From IMG/VR virus record IMGVR_UViG_3300017650_000204, positions 1 through 36,951 of that record: a stretch of 36,951 bases of DNA; one strand, 5' to 3'. The notes below the pieces were generated by a model. The model was given only the letters and a program-made list of their open reading frames with translations. It had not been told where the DNA came from and made no database searches. This document shows positions 7,379-17,768 of this stretch, piece after piece. Origin of the DNA: a virus. Taxonomy: Duplodnaviria > Caudoviricetes. Both the position numbers and the translations under genes were made by a program. Each line of letters begins with the position of its first letter. The first letter of the stretch is position 1.

Positions 7379-9199
7379 TCAACCTCTTAAACCGCACAGG
7401 GCGGCAGCGCGAACGGCCGAGCCTAGTGACTTGGCGTCGGTTTGCATTTCGTCGAAGGCGGCCAGCTCCTGGCGCATCAGCTCGATTCGTTTGGGGTCAA
7501 AGCCGCCTTGCTCAAGATTCCTCATGGCATCGTCCATCTGCTGCATGACTTGATCCAAGTCCGTCTGGGCGGCACCAGCATCAGCGCGTGCAACGTCATC
7601 AGTCATCCGCTGTGCGCCGGCTTCGGACGCCTGAAAATCGACGCCCAACGAGGATTCAGGTGCTGCTTGGCGTTGAGCAGCGGAGATCAACTCCGGCTCC
7701 GGGGCACCTCGCAGAATCGCCTCGACGTCGACAACCTTCCCATTCATGGCTTGCGCCACCGCCACGCGTAATGCATGCTCCCGCGCTAACGGCCCAGCCA
7801 GGGCGGCAACTTGCCGTGCGGGCAGAGCTCCACGGATTGCGGCCTGCAATTGGATTTCGGCTGCTCGCTGTTCCACTCGATCGGAAAAGCGGCCCGGAAT
7901 CTCTCCGCGATCCAAGGCCGCCAAATCCTGCGAAGCGCCTGACGCCTCACGGTTGGCATCGATTTGCTGACGCAAGCGGTCGGCTTGTGCACGCAGATCG
8001 GCCGCTGTAGCAACGGCCTCCTTCCTCGCCTGGCCCATTGCACTCCTGGCGGAGACTCGGCTGTTCGTTTGCTGGATTTCCCGCTTGCGCGACCGAACAG
8101 CCTGAGGGCTGGCCACTTCGTCAATGGATAGTTCGATGGAGGCGAGTTCCGCCCGCAGCGTGGCCACGGCCTTCGGTTCGGCAACATTCCCCCCATCCGC
8201 CAGCAGCTCCGCGCGGATCTCAGGCAACAACTCGTCTCTGGCCAGGGCCTGTGCCCGCTCAGGTGTGATGTCCGCTAGCCTCGGGAAGGGGGCCGCTGGT
8301 TCAAGGGCCAGCAGGCTTGATTGACTGCGTGGCACCGGTCCTGGCATAGCATCTGGGGTCAGGACTGGTTCTGACCCATTGACGATCTCACCGCTGGGAA
8401 GTGATTTTTGAATTCCTCGAAAGTGGTCCGAAATGCGCCCGCCAACCACATGCAAGCCGCCACCCAGCACCGTGCCGAATGCCAGATTGACCAGCGAATC
8501 AGACATGTCGTAGTCGTCTTGAAGCTGAGTCCGGCCCGCATAAACGAACGGCTCCAACATGGCTGCGCCGGCCGCTCCCTCCAAGGCCCCGACTCGAGCC
8601 CGAACGCCCGCGCGAGCCCAGGCGGAAGTACCTGCCCGCTCGAGCATGGAGGCGTATCTTGCCGGCCCAACCACAGGCACAAACGCCGACGCGACGTTCA
8701 GGGGGTCCAAGAGACTTACGGCAAGTCCTGCGGCAAGTCGCGCTGCATTCTGGCCCAGCCCTGTCGGGGCTCGTGCCAGAATGTCCTGACGGATCATTTC
8801 CTCTCGCTTGCGGTCTGCAAGGGTCTGTGCCGCCCGCTTGCTGATGCCCTCCGCCGGCGCAGAGAGCTTCACCCCCTGTTCCGCATAAAATTGCAGGGCC
8901 TCGGCCTGCGTGAACCTATTCTCATCGGGGATCGCCTCGCGCGTAAGGCGCCGCTGACCGCCCGGCCTACGGAACCCGACAGCAGCGCCGCCCTCCGTGT
9001 CCTCCAAAGGTGGGGCGTCGGTCTCGGCAAGTTCGAACTCGTTCTCACGACGCACCTGCATATAGTCGCCGAGGACTTGGGAAGGGTTCCCAATCCATGC
9101 CTCTTGCACCGCCGCATCGAAAGCGGCGCCCGCTGACGACGAGAAATTTTCCAGGGGTTGGGCAGTAACTCCAATCTTGCCGGTGGCGTAGTAAGGCAT
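7379..9199 (-). CDS. Internal virion/DNA ejection protein
   Basis: 606 aa; LLDPLNVASAFVP motif, Gly/Ala-rich hydrophobic stretches and coiled coil; coupled to neighbours. Confidence 0.72.
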   Translation of the reverse strand: MPYYATGKIGVTAQPLENFSSSAGAAFDAAVQEAWIGNPSQVLGDYMQVRRENEFELAETDAPPLEDTEGGAAVGFRRPGGQRRLTREAIPDENRFTQAEALQFYAEQGVKLSAPAEGISKRAAQTLADRKREEMIRQDILARAPTGLGQNAARLAAGLAVSLLDPLNVASAFVPVVGPARYASMLERAGTSAWARAGVRARVGALEGAAGAAMLEPFVYAGRTQLQDDYDMSDSLVNLAFGTVLGGGLHVVGGRISDHFRGIQKSLPSGEIVNGSEPVLTPDAMPGPVPRSQSSLLALEPAAPFPRLADITPERAQALARDELLPEIRAELLADGGNVAEPKAVATLRAELASIELSIDEVASPQAVRSRKREIQQTNSRVSARSAMGQARKEAVATAADLRAQADRLRQQIDANREASGASQDLAALDRGEIPGRFSDRVEQRAAEIQLQAAIRGALPARQVAALAGPLAREHALRVAVAQAMNGKVVDVEAILRGAPEPELISAAQRQAAPESSLGVDFQASEAGAQRMTDDVARADAGAAQTDLDQVMQQMDDAMRNLEQGGFDPKRIELMRQELAAFDEMQTDAKSLGSAVRAAALCGLRG

Positions 9200-11742
9200 T
9201 ACTGGCCCCCCCCGGGCTTGCGATAACCTATGTACGGGCTCCCCGCGCTGATTGGGTCATTGCCGCGAAGATCGTTCCAGGAGAAAGATACCTGCTCGCC
9301 CGCCAGCGCCAGGACTGGCGATAGTCCGCTTTCCCCCAGCACATAGAGGTCCAGGCCGCTCTCGTCGCGGTTGGTCACAAAGACCGCCCGGTTTCTCACC
9401 ACATCGAGGTATGCATTTTTCGTCGCCTCACCAGGCAGCCCAGCCAAAGACACCGGCAGAGCCAGCGCCTCCGGGTTCAAGTCCTGCAGCACTCGCTGGA
9501 TGCCCGACATGACCTCGTCCGGCCGTTCGGCCCGCGGCACGCGGTACGTATCGCCGAATTCATAGCGGTTCCCCATGACATCCTGGTATGCCTGCAGCGC
9601 TGCCTTCTTCGGTGCAATTCCGCCTGCAGCATAGGACAGCGCGAGCTTGCGGGCCGTGTCATAGACAACCTGATAGTTCCGCGGGCCGCCGCCCTGATAG
9701 ACGAACGAGTTCCACGCATCGGCCATTTGCGTTGCCAACTCATCCTCGACATCTCTGACTCCATGCTCAGGAAGACGTGTTTTAAGCGTCTTCTCATCGA
9801 TGGTGGCTGTCCTAGCAATTCGTTCCCGCACGCCTTGGTCATCAATATTCGGGATGACCAAGGCCGCGTCCGGCAGCCCCCCAGACTCGGCCAACTCGCT
9901 GAACACTTTCGGCCAATGTGCTCCCCATTGTTGCTCGAGCATGGAGATCATGACCGCCGTGTCTTCACTGTCGTCTTTGTGTTGCTGGAGCATGTTCGAC
10001 ACGCGCTTGAGCTCGGATTGAGGAAGAATCCGGGGATTGGATACGCCAAGACGGCGTTGCTCGGCCATGGCCTTCACGGCATAGTCGGACGATACGGCCT
10101 GCAGATCGGCTCCCATGGCGCCGGACTGCCCGGAGGTCGCCAGGGCCAAGTATGCCTCGCCGACCTGTTCGGACGATTGGGTGGCGCTGTATGCCGGATC
10201 TTCGGCTCTCTGCTTCCGCACCGTCGCGACGGCCGACTCGAGTGTTTCGTACCTTTTCTGTGCGTCCGTGAACCCGGGGCCACTGTCCGGCCGTCGAACC
10301 GCCAGCAACGCGTCCTGATCCGCCGCTGAAAGGGCCTTCACATCCTGGATGTCCCTGCCAAGCTGCTGAACGCTCTGAAAGCCGTCCCACCGTGCGGCGC
10401 CTTCGGAAGCGCCGAACGCATGGATAAAAGCGGTTCGGGACAGCTGCGGCCCGTTCCATTCGCCTGTCGCCAGGATCGACGAGGTAGCATCACGAACGGT
10501 GTCCTGGATCTGCGCTTGGACAAGCGCCTGGTTTTGCTTGCTCAGCGTCGTCGCCCGCTCGATGAGGCGCTGCTGGTCGTTCAGGGGCAAGGCGTCGAAG
10601 GCGGGAGAGCCGACTCTGTTGGCTGTAGCAGGCTCCTGGGGCTGCTCTCCGCCCAGAATCTTCCCAACATAGTCCCTCGTTTCTTTGGGTGATCGCTCCA
10701 ACCAGGCAGCGCCGTACTTCCGGACGGCTTTCTGGACATTGCCCTCCCCCCAGTTGTAACCGGCCAGCGCCTTAGCGTAGTCGCCGTCAAACATTTCGAG
10801 CAGGTCGCGCATGTAAGCAGCCTGGCCACGAATAGATGATTCCGGATCGCTTGGGTTCACCTTATATCGGGTCGCGGTGTCGGGCATGAACTGCGCAATC
10901 CCGGCCGCACCCTTCGGGGATACTGCATTGGGATTGCCGCCGGACTCGGCTTGCAACTGCGCCAACATCACTCGAGGGTCTACCCCCGCAGCAGACGCAG
11001 CGGTCTCCACGACCGGCTGATATCGACGCACCGCATCTGACAGCTGAATCGCCGGGATGCCGCCGCTCAAACCAGAGGCCGTTGGCGCTCTCTCACGCAA
11101 CCAACTGGACGGATCAGCGCGCAATTGCGCTAGCTCGGCTGCATACGAGATCTCGCGCTCAGCCCCGCGAACCAACTCGGTTCGCATAGACGGTGGCAAC
11201 TCTGAGGCGCTCAATAGCGCCCGTTGGGATGCGATCAGGCTGTCGTATTGCGTGGGATCTTGCGAGGCGACTTGGACGCTCGATGCAATACCCTGCTGGT
11301 AGAGATCCTTCGTATAGGCGATCTGTTCGCCCGCCTGGAAGCGTATGGCATTGGATACCACATAGCTACCAATTTCATCCAACTTTGCCTCGTAATATCG
11401 CCGTACATTGGCGGGCGCGCTGGCCAGGGATTCCTCGCGATATTGCTGGTACTCCGCTCGGATGTCGTCAACGAAACCCGCGGCGCCTGGTTGGGCTGCG
11501 GACTGGCGCTCGCCCAGCCTTTGCATCCAATCCAACTGCGCCTGCGCCCCGGACTTGGACACCCAAGCGCGCGCGCCCTCTTCCTCCACCCGCTTCCAGG
11601 AATCAGCGACTTGGCCGAAACCGGCCGCGATCGCCTGCCCAGTCCGGTCCTCGACCGCGACCATGGGCGTTCTCGGCATATTGCTGCCGACCTGCACGCG
11701 CTGCCGTTGCTGCCCCAAGGGAATGGGAATTCGAGTAGCCAT
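9199..11742 (-). CDS. Ejection protein with soluble lytic transglycosylase (SLT, GH23) domain
   Basis: AESGGNPNAVSPKGAAGIAQFMPDTA, ALAGYNWGEGNV and ETRDYV motifs inside an 847-aa helical protein. Confidence 0.9.
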   Translation of the reverse strand: MATRIPIPLGQQRQRVQVGSNMPRTPMVAVEDRTGQAIAAGFGQVADSWKRVEEEGARAWVSKSGAQAQLDWMQRLGERQSAAQPGAAGFVDDIRAEYQQYREESLASAPANVRRYYEAKLDEIGSYVVSNAIRFQAGEQIAYTKDLYQQGIASSVQVASQDPTQYDSLIASQRALLSASELPPSMRTELVRGAEREISYAAELAQLRADPSSWLRERAPTASGLSGGIPAIQLSDAVRRYQPVVETAASAAGVDPRVMLAQLQAESGGNPNAVSPKGAAGIAQFMPDTATRYKVNPSDPESSIRGQAAYMRDLLEMFDGDYAKALAGYNWGEGNVQKAVRKYGAAWLERSPKETRDYVGKILGGEQPQEPATANRVGSPAFDALPLNDQQRLIERATTLSKQNQALVQAQIQDTVRDATSSILATGEWNGPQLSRTAFIHAFGASEGAARWDGFQSVQQLGRDIQDVKALSAADQDALLAVRRPDSGPGFTDAQKRYETLESAVATVRKQRAEDPAYSATQSSEQVGEAYLALATSGQSGAMGADLQAVSSDYAVKAMAEQRRLGVSNPRILPQSELKRVSNMLQQHKDDSEDTAVMISMLEQQWGAHWPKVFSELAESGGLPDAALVIPNIDDQGVRERIARTATIDEKTLKTRLPEHGVRDVEDELATQMADAWNSFVYQGGGPRNYQVVYDTARKLALSYAAGGIAPKKAALQAYQDVMGNRYEFGDTYRVPRAERPDEVMSGIQRVLQDLNPEALALPVSLAGLPGEATKNAYLDVVRNRAVFVTNRDESGLDLYVLGESGLSPVLALAGEQVSFSWNDLRGNDPISAGSPYIGYRKPGGGQ

Positions 11743-11744
11743 AC

Positions 11745-12329
11745 TTACCTCCGGATTCCGAGCAACGTCACCGGACCGCCGCTCCCGGCACCACCAGCCG
11801 CTTGGGCGGCTGGTGCTAAGCGACCCAGCCCATAGCCCGCCGCCGACGTCAGAATGCTTGCTGCCGCACCCAGCATCCCGGCTCGCCGTGCGCCACGAGC
11901 AGATTGCCGTAGCGTCTTGGCCGTGTAGCGATCCTGGGCGGCCTGCTGTTCATAGGCCTGCCCCTGCAGCAATGCCTCGTAGCGGGTGGTCAGCGCGTCC
12001 ATCTCGAGGTCGCGGGCCGACTGCTGCTGGATGAGCAGCGCCGAGCCGCTACCTGGATCCACGCCCGACTCGGCCACTGCCGCGCGGACATCCGCTTGCT
12101 GTTGACTGGCGCTGCGGCGCTGGGCAAGTTCATTCTGCAGGCCGGCGTCATAGGCTTGGCGGGCCTGGACCTGCGCCACCCCGGCGTTACGGTCGGCGGC
12201 GGAAGCCTGCTGACGGTAGCCAGCCGCTTGCTGGTTGGCGCCCATGATCGAGCCAATGGCGCCCAGGCCGGCAGAACCGGCAGCAATGGCCCCGGCGTTG
12301 GCTGTCAGGAAAGCGGTCACTGGATCCAT
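11745..12329 (-). CDS. Small internal virion/ejection protein (T7 gp14-like position)
   Basis: Ala/Gln/Gly-rich, SGVDPGSGSAL motif, first of the ejection genes. Confidence 0.75.
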   Translation of the reverse strand: MDPVTAFLTANAGAIAAGSAGLGAIGSIMGANQQAAGYRQQASAADRNAGVAQVQARQAYDAGLQNELAQRRSASQQQADVRAAVAESGVDPGSGSALLIQQQSARDLEMDALTTRYEALLQGQAYEQQAAQDRYTAKTLRQSARGARRAGMLGAAASILTSAAGYGLGRLAPAAQAAGGAGSGGPVTLLGIRR

Positions 12330-12330
12330 G

Positions 12331-12759
12331 TCATTTCACCTTTGCGTAGAGAAAGCAGTCGCGGCCGTCCGGGGCATAGGCGCGCATCATCCCCTCGCGC
12401 TCAAAGCCCAGGCGCTCTGCCCAAGCAGCTGCAGCGGCATGCCGCACGTCGACCGTCATTTCGATCCGCCGCCAAGGCGCCGCGTGCACAACGTCGCGCA
12501 CCACGCGATGGATCAGCTTGAATTGCCGCAATGCTCGTTCGGACAGCAGCGCCCAGGCCATCCCCCGTTGACGATGCAGCTCGATGATGCCGGCACATGC
12601 GATGGGCACGCCGCCCCCGTCCAGTGCAGTCCAAGCGACCCCCGCGGCACTGGCAAGCGCTTCGGCATGGTCGCCGTCGATCAGCGGGGCCGCGAAGTCC
12701 TGGGCCGGCTGAAGCTGCACGGCAAGTACGTGCTCGGCCGTCATGCGCACGATTTTCAT
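12331..12759 (-). CDS. GNAT-like virion assembly protein (T7 gp13-like position)
   Basis: WAERLGFEREG..RAY motif; ATGA overlap with the nozzle stop; conserved synteny. Confidence 0.7.
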   Translation of the reverse strand: MKIVRMTAEHVLAVQLQPAQDFAAPLIDGDHAEALASAAGVAWTALDGGGVPIACAGIIELHRQRGMAWALLSERALRQFKLIHRVVRDVVHAAPWRRIEMTVDVRHAAAAAWAERLGFEREGMMRAYAPDGRDCFLYAKVK

Positions 12760-15338
12760 CGGTCGTCGTTCGTGGAGACAACCGACAACAGCGCCAGCAG
12801 CGTCACGGGCAATGGTTGATCGTTCGTGTACCAAATGCGGGCGCTACGCTCGTAGCCACCCCGCCAGGGAATCGGCTCGGTGTCGCCGGAGAATAGCGGC
12901 GGCGGACTACCCATCGGCCGGGATGGCCGACGAAAGTTCAGCGTCTCGGTGTTGTCCCGTGTAGGACCCAGGTTCCCGCCCAGGCTGCGATACAGCCTCG
13001 CAATGACGTTGGTCAGGCGCTTGAGCTTGCCTTGGGCTGTGCCATTGGCCGCCCCGGCTTCCAGACTCATCGTCGCTGCTGCACAGGACGTGGGCAGCCC
13101 GACATGGACGATCGACGCCTCTATCTGTAGCGACACTTGTCCGCCCGATACCGTCCGTCGCGGGTGAGCCGCTCCATCGGTCAGGATGTCCACCTCTTGA
13201 CCTTCCAAATGCCCCAGGCCGCTGATCGTCGCGGCCGGATCGCCTCGGTAGGTCAAGCCGCAATCCACGTAGAACGCTTCGGCCTGGTCTTCGTTGTCGC
13301 CCAGCGGCGGACGCAGCAACTCCACGTAGCGGACCGTTTGCCCGTCGATCTCCCGTCGCACGATCATCCAGAGGTCGTCGGCGCTTCCGTCGGGCGCTGG
13401 CATCGTCTCCACCGCCTCGACGGCCCCGTTTATCATGGGGTGTGGGTGCCACGCGTAGACGTCGCTGCGACCGGTCTCCTGGTCGTAGGTGCACCCCACC
13501 AATTGGCCATCGGCACGCGCCACCCAGACGATCGAGTCAGGCTCCTGCTGGTAGGCCATATCCACGGCGCCGGTGCGCAGCATGTGGCTGGCCAGCTTCG
13601 TCGTGTCGACCGACACATAGTTGTTGGTGTCGTAACTGTACTCATAGTCCCGCAGCCTGCGGCCCGAGGCTTGAATAAACAGGATCTTGCTACCAATCTC
13701 GACAGGCTGAATCGATCGAGAGCCATAGGCCGTACGACGGTCCGCGCGAATGTTGGCCGGTCCCACTGCCTGATTGGACTGAATCGGCCCCACCAGCCAC
13801 TCATCGCCGTCCGTGCCGATCACCAGGTCGTCGGACTCCACAACCCATACCGCCCGATTCACTTGGCGGGCGTTCAGTGTGACGACGATACCGGAATCGG
13901 CCTCCACCTCACCGCCGGCACTCTTGTTGGCAAAGTTCTCGAAATCGCCCGTGACCGACATTGCGACCTTACGCCCACGCACCAGCACCAACCGTTCTCG
14001 CCAGAAGGCGCCGTGCTCCGGCCACCCCGTATCATCCGAAAACAGGCTGAATGCCCATTTCCAGGTCGGTGCGTTGGACGGATACGTAACAGTGATGGTC
14101 CTGGTAGCCTTACCGTTCGAGCTCGGCGAATAGACATAGGATGGCCCTGGCCAGGATGCGTCAATCTCATATGAGTTCGCGCCTCGATCCCGGACGATGT
14201 ATGAGCCATTTCGGTTCGTGTTCGAGCCCATGCCATCCGAGTCGAAAAGAATAGTCCCAGTGATGACGATGGGGTTTCCGTCGAGAAACGGATGACCGGG
14301 CGCGCTGACCTCGATTCTCGACGAACTCGATCCTGGCGCCATCGAAGATATCGGGAAGTCAGTAACCGTCGTACTGCCCCCCCCTCCCGGCTGAAGCTCG
14401 CTTGGTAGCCGTTTGACGACCGTTCCAGTGGCGTGCTGACCGTCTGTGACGGCCGTGATCTTCACGATCCCGTACCCGGCGTGCAGGAACTCCCACTCGA
14501 CCCCGATGGATCCACGTTGATCGCCAGTGATGGGCCTGCCGTCGCCATCCCAGGCCTTGCCCTCCGTGTGGATGGGTGTTTGATTGCCAGTAACAGGCGC
14601 ACCTTCCGAGTTAGTGGGCCCCACCGTGGTGCACTGATAGACTCGGTTGTCTACTCGCCGCCTCTGCCCTACTGACATCGTTTGGTACACCCCCCAAGGG
14701 CGCACAGCGGACAGGTCGGCAGTTTCCAGATAGAAGAGCGTGCCAACGTGTTCAGGCAGAAAGATATCAGCGCTGGCCGTCAGGTTCACAGGTCCCGTCT
14801 CGGCATCTGTCGTGACCGTGACACTCTCATCGGTGTTGACGTCGTCGAACGGCCCTTCGGTGAACTCGGCCAAGTCCAAGCTGAAAGAGGTCGCGCTCAG
14901 ACGCTGCAGCTTGCGCGTCTGGAACCGACCATGGAAGATGTACATCACATCGGCGCTCTGCACGACGCGGATCGCGCAGGTGCCATCTTCGGCCGTCAGA
15001 TCAGCAGTGGTGTACGGTGTGGCCACCTCGACGGGCGAGCCTCCATCCACCAGCAGCCCACGATCCGTGTAGAAGCGAATGTACTGGTCCCCGAACTCGA
15101 GCATGTAAGCCACGCGTTCAGACACCTGGAAGCGCACCAACCAGCCTTGCTCGGCTGTCTTTTTCGCATTGATGAATTGCGTACCGCCGCGACGCACCAG
15201 CGGGCCCTGCACCGCAGGCAAGAAGTTCTCGAGCACAGAGCAGCCATTGAAGTATTTGGCCAGGTCAGTGCGCCCGCCCAGCAACGGCGACAACTCGCCG
15301 CCGTCGAAGGTGTTCTGGATCGGCGTTTCCTTGGCCAT
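12756..15338 (-). CDS. Tail tubular protein B / nozzle
   Basis: N-terminal F.GGELSP.L.GRTDL..Y, RRGGT, QSADVMYI and AWHPH motifs; 860 aa. Confidence 0.9.
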   Translation of the reverse strand: MAKETPIQNTFDGGELSPLLGGRTDLAKYFNGCSVLENFLPAVQGPLVRRGGTQFINAKKTAEQGWLVRFQVSERVAYMLEFGDQYIRFYTDRGLLVDGGSPVEVATPYTTADLTAEDGTCAIRVVQSADVMYIFHGRFQTRKLQRLSATSFSLDLAEFTEGPFDDVNTDESVTVTTDAETGPVNLTASADIFLPEHVGTLFYLETADLSAVRPWGVYQTMSVGQRRRVDNRVYQCTTVGPTNSEGAPVTGNQTPIHTEGKAWDGDGRPITGDQRGSIGVEWEFLHAGYGIVKITAVTDGQHATGTVVKRLPSELQPGGGGSTTVTDFPISSMAPGSSSSRIEVSAPGHPFLDGNPIVITGTILFDSDGMGSNTNRNGSYIVRDRGANSYEIDASWPGPSYVYSPSSNGKATRTITVTYPSNAPTWKWAFSLFSDDTGWPEHGAFWRERLVLVRGRKVAMSVTGDFENFANKSAGGEVEADSGIVVTLNARQVNRAVWVVESDDLVIGTDGDEWLVGPIQSNQAVGPANIRADRRTAYGSRSIQPVEIGSKILFIQASGRRLRDYEYSYDTNNYVSVDTTKLASHMLRTGAVDMAYQQEPDSIVWVARADGQLVGCTYDQETGRSDVYAWHPHPMINGAVEAVETMPAPDGSADDLWMIVRREIDGQTVRYVELLRPPLGDNEDQAEAFYVDCGLTYRGDPAATISGLGHLEGQEVDILTDGAAHPRRTVSGGQVSLQIEASIVHVGLPTSCAAATMSLEAGAANGTAQGKLKRLTNVIARLYRSLGGNLGPTRDNTETLNFRRPSRPMGSPPPLFSGDTEPIPWRGGYERSARIWYTNDQPLPVTLLALLSVVSTNDDR

Positions 15339-15925
15339 CAGTGACGGCTCTCAAGCCACGTGTCATCGTCCGTGGCGACGGCTGGCCGCTCGATGGCGTT
15401 CGCCCGGCGTGCAGCGGCCAGCGCCTCCTTGTACTCCTGCCACGCGGCCTGCTTCTTGGTGTTCGACTGAGTAAGCGTTTCGGCGGACTCGGCGGCCAGA
15501 CGGCAAGCGAAGGCCTCGACAAAAAGCGCATCGAACAGCGTCGGATCCTCTACCCGGCGAACGTAGCGCACGCGCAGAGGCGCCGGCTGGCTGATAAGGA
15601 TGCGGCCGCCCTCAATGCTGTACCAGCCATCGACAGTGGGGTTAGGCTGCAATCGCACATCGTTGATCTGTATCAGTCGCAGATAATCCGACGGCAACTG
15701 GTACTGGTACGTGAATCCGAAGGGCGGCCGCTCGCTCAAGGCGGGCAGTTGCGCACGGGCCTTGGAAAAATGCCAAAGATTGGCCCGTAGTTCGGCATCT
15801 CGCACGATGTCAAACATCGAGTCGATGGTATTGGACGCCTGGGAATCGTCGTCCAAAGCGATAATGCGCGCTGCACCGAGTTTGGTGAGCGCGCGGTTGG
15901 CAATGGCAACCCGGGAGACAGCCAT
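15338..15925 (-). CDS. Tail tubular protein A / head-tail adaptor
   Basis: IANRAL..LG, WHFS, YQLPSDYLRL and FVEAFACRLA motifs. Confidence 0.88.
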   Translation of the reverse strand: MAVSRVAIANRALTKLGAARIIALDDDSQASNTIDSMFDIVRDAELRANLWHFSKARAQLPALSERPPFGFTYQYQLPSDYLRLIQINDVRLQPNPTVDGWYSIEGGRILISQPAPLRVRYVRRVEDPTLFDALFVEAFACRLAAESAETLTQSNTKKQAAWQEYKEALAAARRANAIERPAVATDDDTWLESRH

Positions 15926-15936
15926 GGCCTAGTCCA

Positions 15937-16245
15937 TCACTGCGAACCGGGGCCGCCGATGTCTGCCCCGGCAGACTGCAGCGCTTGCGACCCAGCCTGA
16001 TCCGTCTGGCCGCTCTGGGTCTGCTTCACCTGGCGGCCAACCGACTTTCCCGGCTCGGGCGCCGGTTTGGCGCGCCGGCCATCGATCGGCTGCATCCACT
16101 TGCCCGGCTTGCCGTAGAAGTCGAATTCCTCACCCTTCTCCACAATCCGCATGACCTTGCGGCTGGGCGAGGAGTCGGCCCGCTTCGTCGGCTGGACGTC
16201 ATCGGCGGGGATCTGGCCCCGCTCCTTGGCAATATAGCGGGCCAT
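15937..16245 (-). CDS. Hypothetical virion-module protein
   Basis: 102 aa between cement and adaptor; GEEFDF..KPGKWM motif; GGAG upstream. Confidence 0.6.
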   Translation of the reverse strand: MARYIAKERGQIPADDVQPTKRADSSPSRKVMRIVEKGEEFDFYGKPGKWMQPIDGRRAKPAPEPGKSVGRQVKQTQSGQTDQAGSQALQSAGADIGGPGSQ

Positions 16246-16248
16246 GGC

Positions 16249-16695
16249 TTACTCCACCGAGTAGCCGGAGGCGTAGGTCTTGCGCGATTGGGCATCCTTG
16301 ACGATGAAGGTCGAGAAGCTCCCGGCCGTCAGCGGGCCGGTAGCCACGGTGTAGCGCACGCCCAGATAGCGCAGATAGTCGCCGCCGGGTAGGCGCACAC
16401 GCGCCAGCTCGGCACCTGCCGTCAGGTTGGCCAGGGCCAGCGCCGCGGTCGAAAAGTGCACCTTCGAAGAGGTCAGCCCCGCCGCCGCGCTGGACTCCAA
16501 CGTTACGGTCACGGTGGCAGCGCCCGCGGCGGTCGCGGTTTCGTCGGCCTGCACCACCAGCCAGACAGGCTCGCCGGCACCGATGTCCAGGTCGTCGTTG
16601 GCGCCCGACGGGTTCAGGTCGATGACGTTGGTCGAGATCGCGGTGGCGGTGACTGCCTGGCCGTCCGAGAACTCGTTGGTCTTGTCGAGGATCAT
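16249..16695 (-). CDS. Capsid cement/decoration protein (Bbp16-like)
   Basis: MILDK..EFSDGQAVTATAISTNVIDL and RYLGVRYTV motifs; directly after capsid; AGGAG SD. Confidence 0.85.
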   Translation of the reverse strand: MILDKTNEFSDGQAVTATAISTNVIDLNPSGANDDLDIGAGEPVWLVVQADETATAAGAATVTVTLESSAAAGLTSSKVHFSTAALALANLTAGAELARVRLPGGDYLRYLGVRYTVATGPLTAGSFSTFIVKDAQSRKTYASGYSVE

Positions 16696-16716
16696 GATGA
16701 ATCTCCTGATTCGTGG

Positions 16717-16738
16717 GAAATCCGCCCCGAGGGGCGGA
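16717..16738 (-). terminator. Hairpin after the major capsid gene (weak terminator or mRNA stabiliser)
   Basis: TCCGCCC-ctcg-GGGCGGA followed by only TTT. Confidence 0.5.
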
Positions 16739-16746
16739 GTCTCGGA

Positions 16747-17757
16747 TTAGCTGAGTGCCGTTTCCGTGTTGAGCAGTTGATCCACCGTGCGGATGGGGAT
16801 GCCCAGGAAGTCGGCCTGGAACTGGCCAGCCGCCTCACGGATCGAGAGCGCCGCATTCGACTTGTTCAGCGCCATCTTTTCCAGCGCCGAACGGATCGTG
16901 CGGTTGGCGTAGACGCGCGGCTGGATGTTGCCGGACAGGCGCGGCATGCGGTTCTTGGCGTCGATCAGCAGTTCAATCAGCTTCTGGTTGGCCATGGTGC
17001 CGGTACCGGAGCTGGCGTCCGAGACGTCGATGTTGCAGATACGCACGACGTAGCGCCAGTCCTTGACCACCAGGCCGCACTTCCAGTCGAACAGATCGCC
17101 ATAGGCACGGTAGCGATCGCCGTTCGCATCGAAGGCGTCGATCTCGCCGAGATCCCGATGCACCAGGCCGGCACGCGAGTTCTTCGGGTAGATGCCGTAG
17201 ACCGTGGTCCGGCCCCAGCCGATCAGATAGATCGAGGTGTTGTCCGAACCCGAACCCTGCGCGTCGATGACATTGGCGGCAGCCGGTGCGGCGCTCCCGC
17301 CGGGCAACTCGTTGTAACGAGGCTGCAGCCCGTAGAACTGCTCGGGGTTGATCGAGGTGTCGCCGTACAGCAGCGCGGTGCAGAAGTCCTGCCCCATCGC
17401 CTCGATGAACGACGACGCCTCGTCCAGGCGGAAGCGGCCCGGGTCGTTCGCCATGCTGACGACATCGACGTCCGGCTCGCTACGTGAGGTCAGGATGCCG
17501 CAGGCGTCGTCGACCTGGGCGGTCGTGCTCTTTGAGACAGGCACCCCGCCATAGAGTTTGCGCCAGGTCGTCTGCGGCAGGCCGGTCCGGATGGTCGTCC
17601 GGTTGCCAGTCGGCAGGTTACCTTCGATCCAGGGAATGTCCTGGACGATTTCGTTGGTCTGCGCCAGCAGCTCGGCCACGTCGGCGGTGTCGCCATTGGG
17701 GTCGAGTCGCTTGGCGACGTCGATGATGCTGAGCGATTCGTTACCGATGGTGGCCAT
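16747..17757 (-). CDS. Major capsid protein (BPP-1/epsilon15 type)
   Basis: EGNLPTG..TTIRTGLP, GL..KDWRYVVRI.NID and FLGIPIR..DQLLNTE motifs; AGGAG SD. Confidence 0.92.
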   Translation of the reverse strand: MATIGNESLSIIDVAKRLDPNGDTADVAELLAQTNEIVQDIPWIEGNLPTGNRTTIRTGLPQTTWRKLYGGVPVSKSTTAQVDDACGILTSRSEPDVDVVSMANDPGRFRLDEASSFIEAMGQDFCTALLYGDTSINPEQFYGLQPRYNELPGGSAAPAAANVIDAQGSGSDNTSIYLIGWGRTTVYGIYPKNSRAGLVHRDLGEIDAFDANGDRYRAYGDLFDWKCGLVVKDWRYVVRICNIDVSDASSGTGTMANQKLIELLIDAKNRMPRLSGNIQPRVYANRTIRSALEKMALNKSNAALSIREAAGQFQADFLGIPIRTVDQLLNTETALS

Positions 17758-17768
17758 CGTGAACTCTC

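Noticed and set aside
15929-15949. Recurring C-terminal A(I/V)MD-stop (terL RFAIMD, Zn-ribbon gene QAIMD, off-frame RFAVMD here)
   Set aside because: Very short match and one instance is out of frame; chance is the simplest explanation
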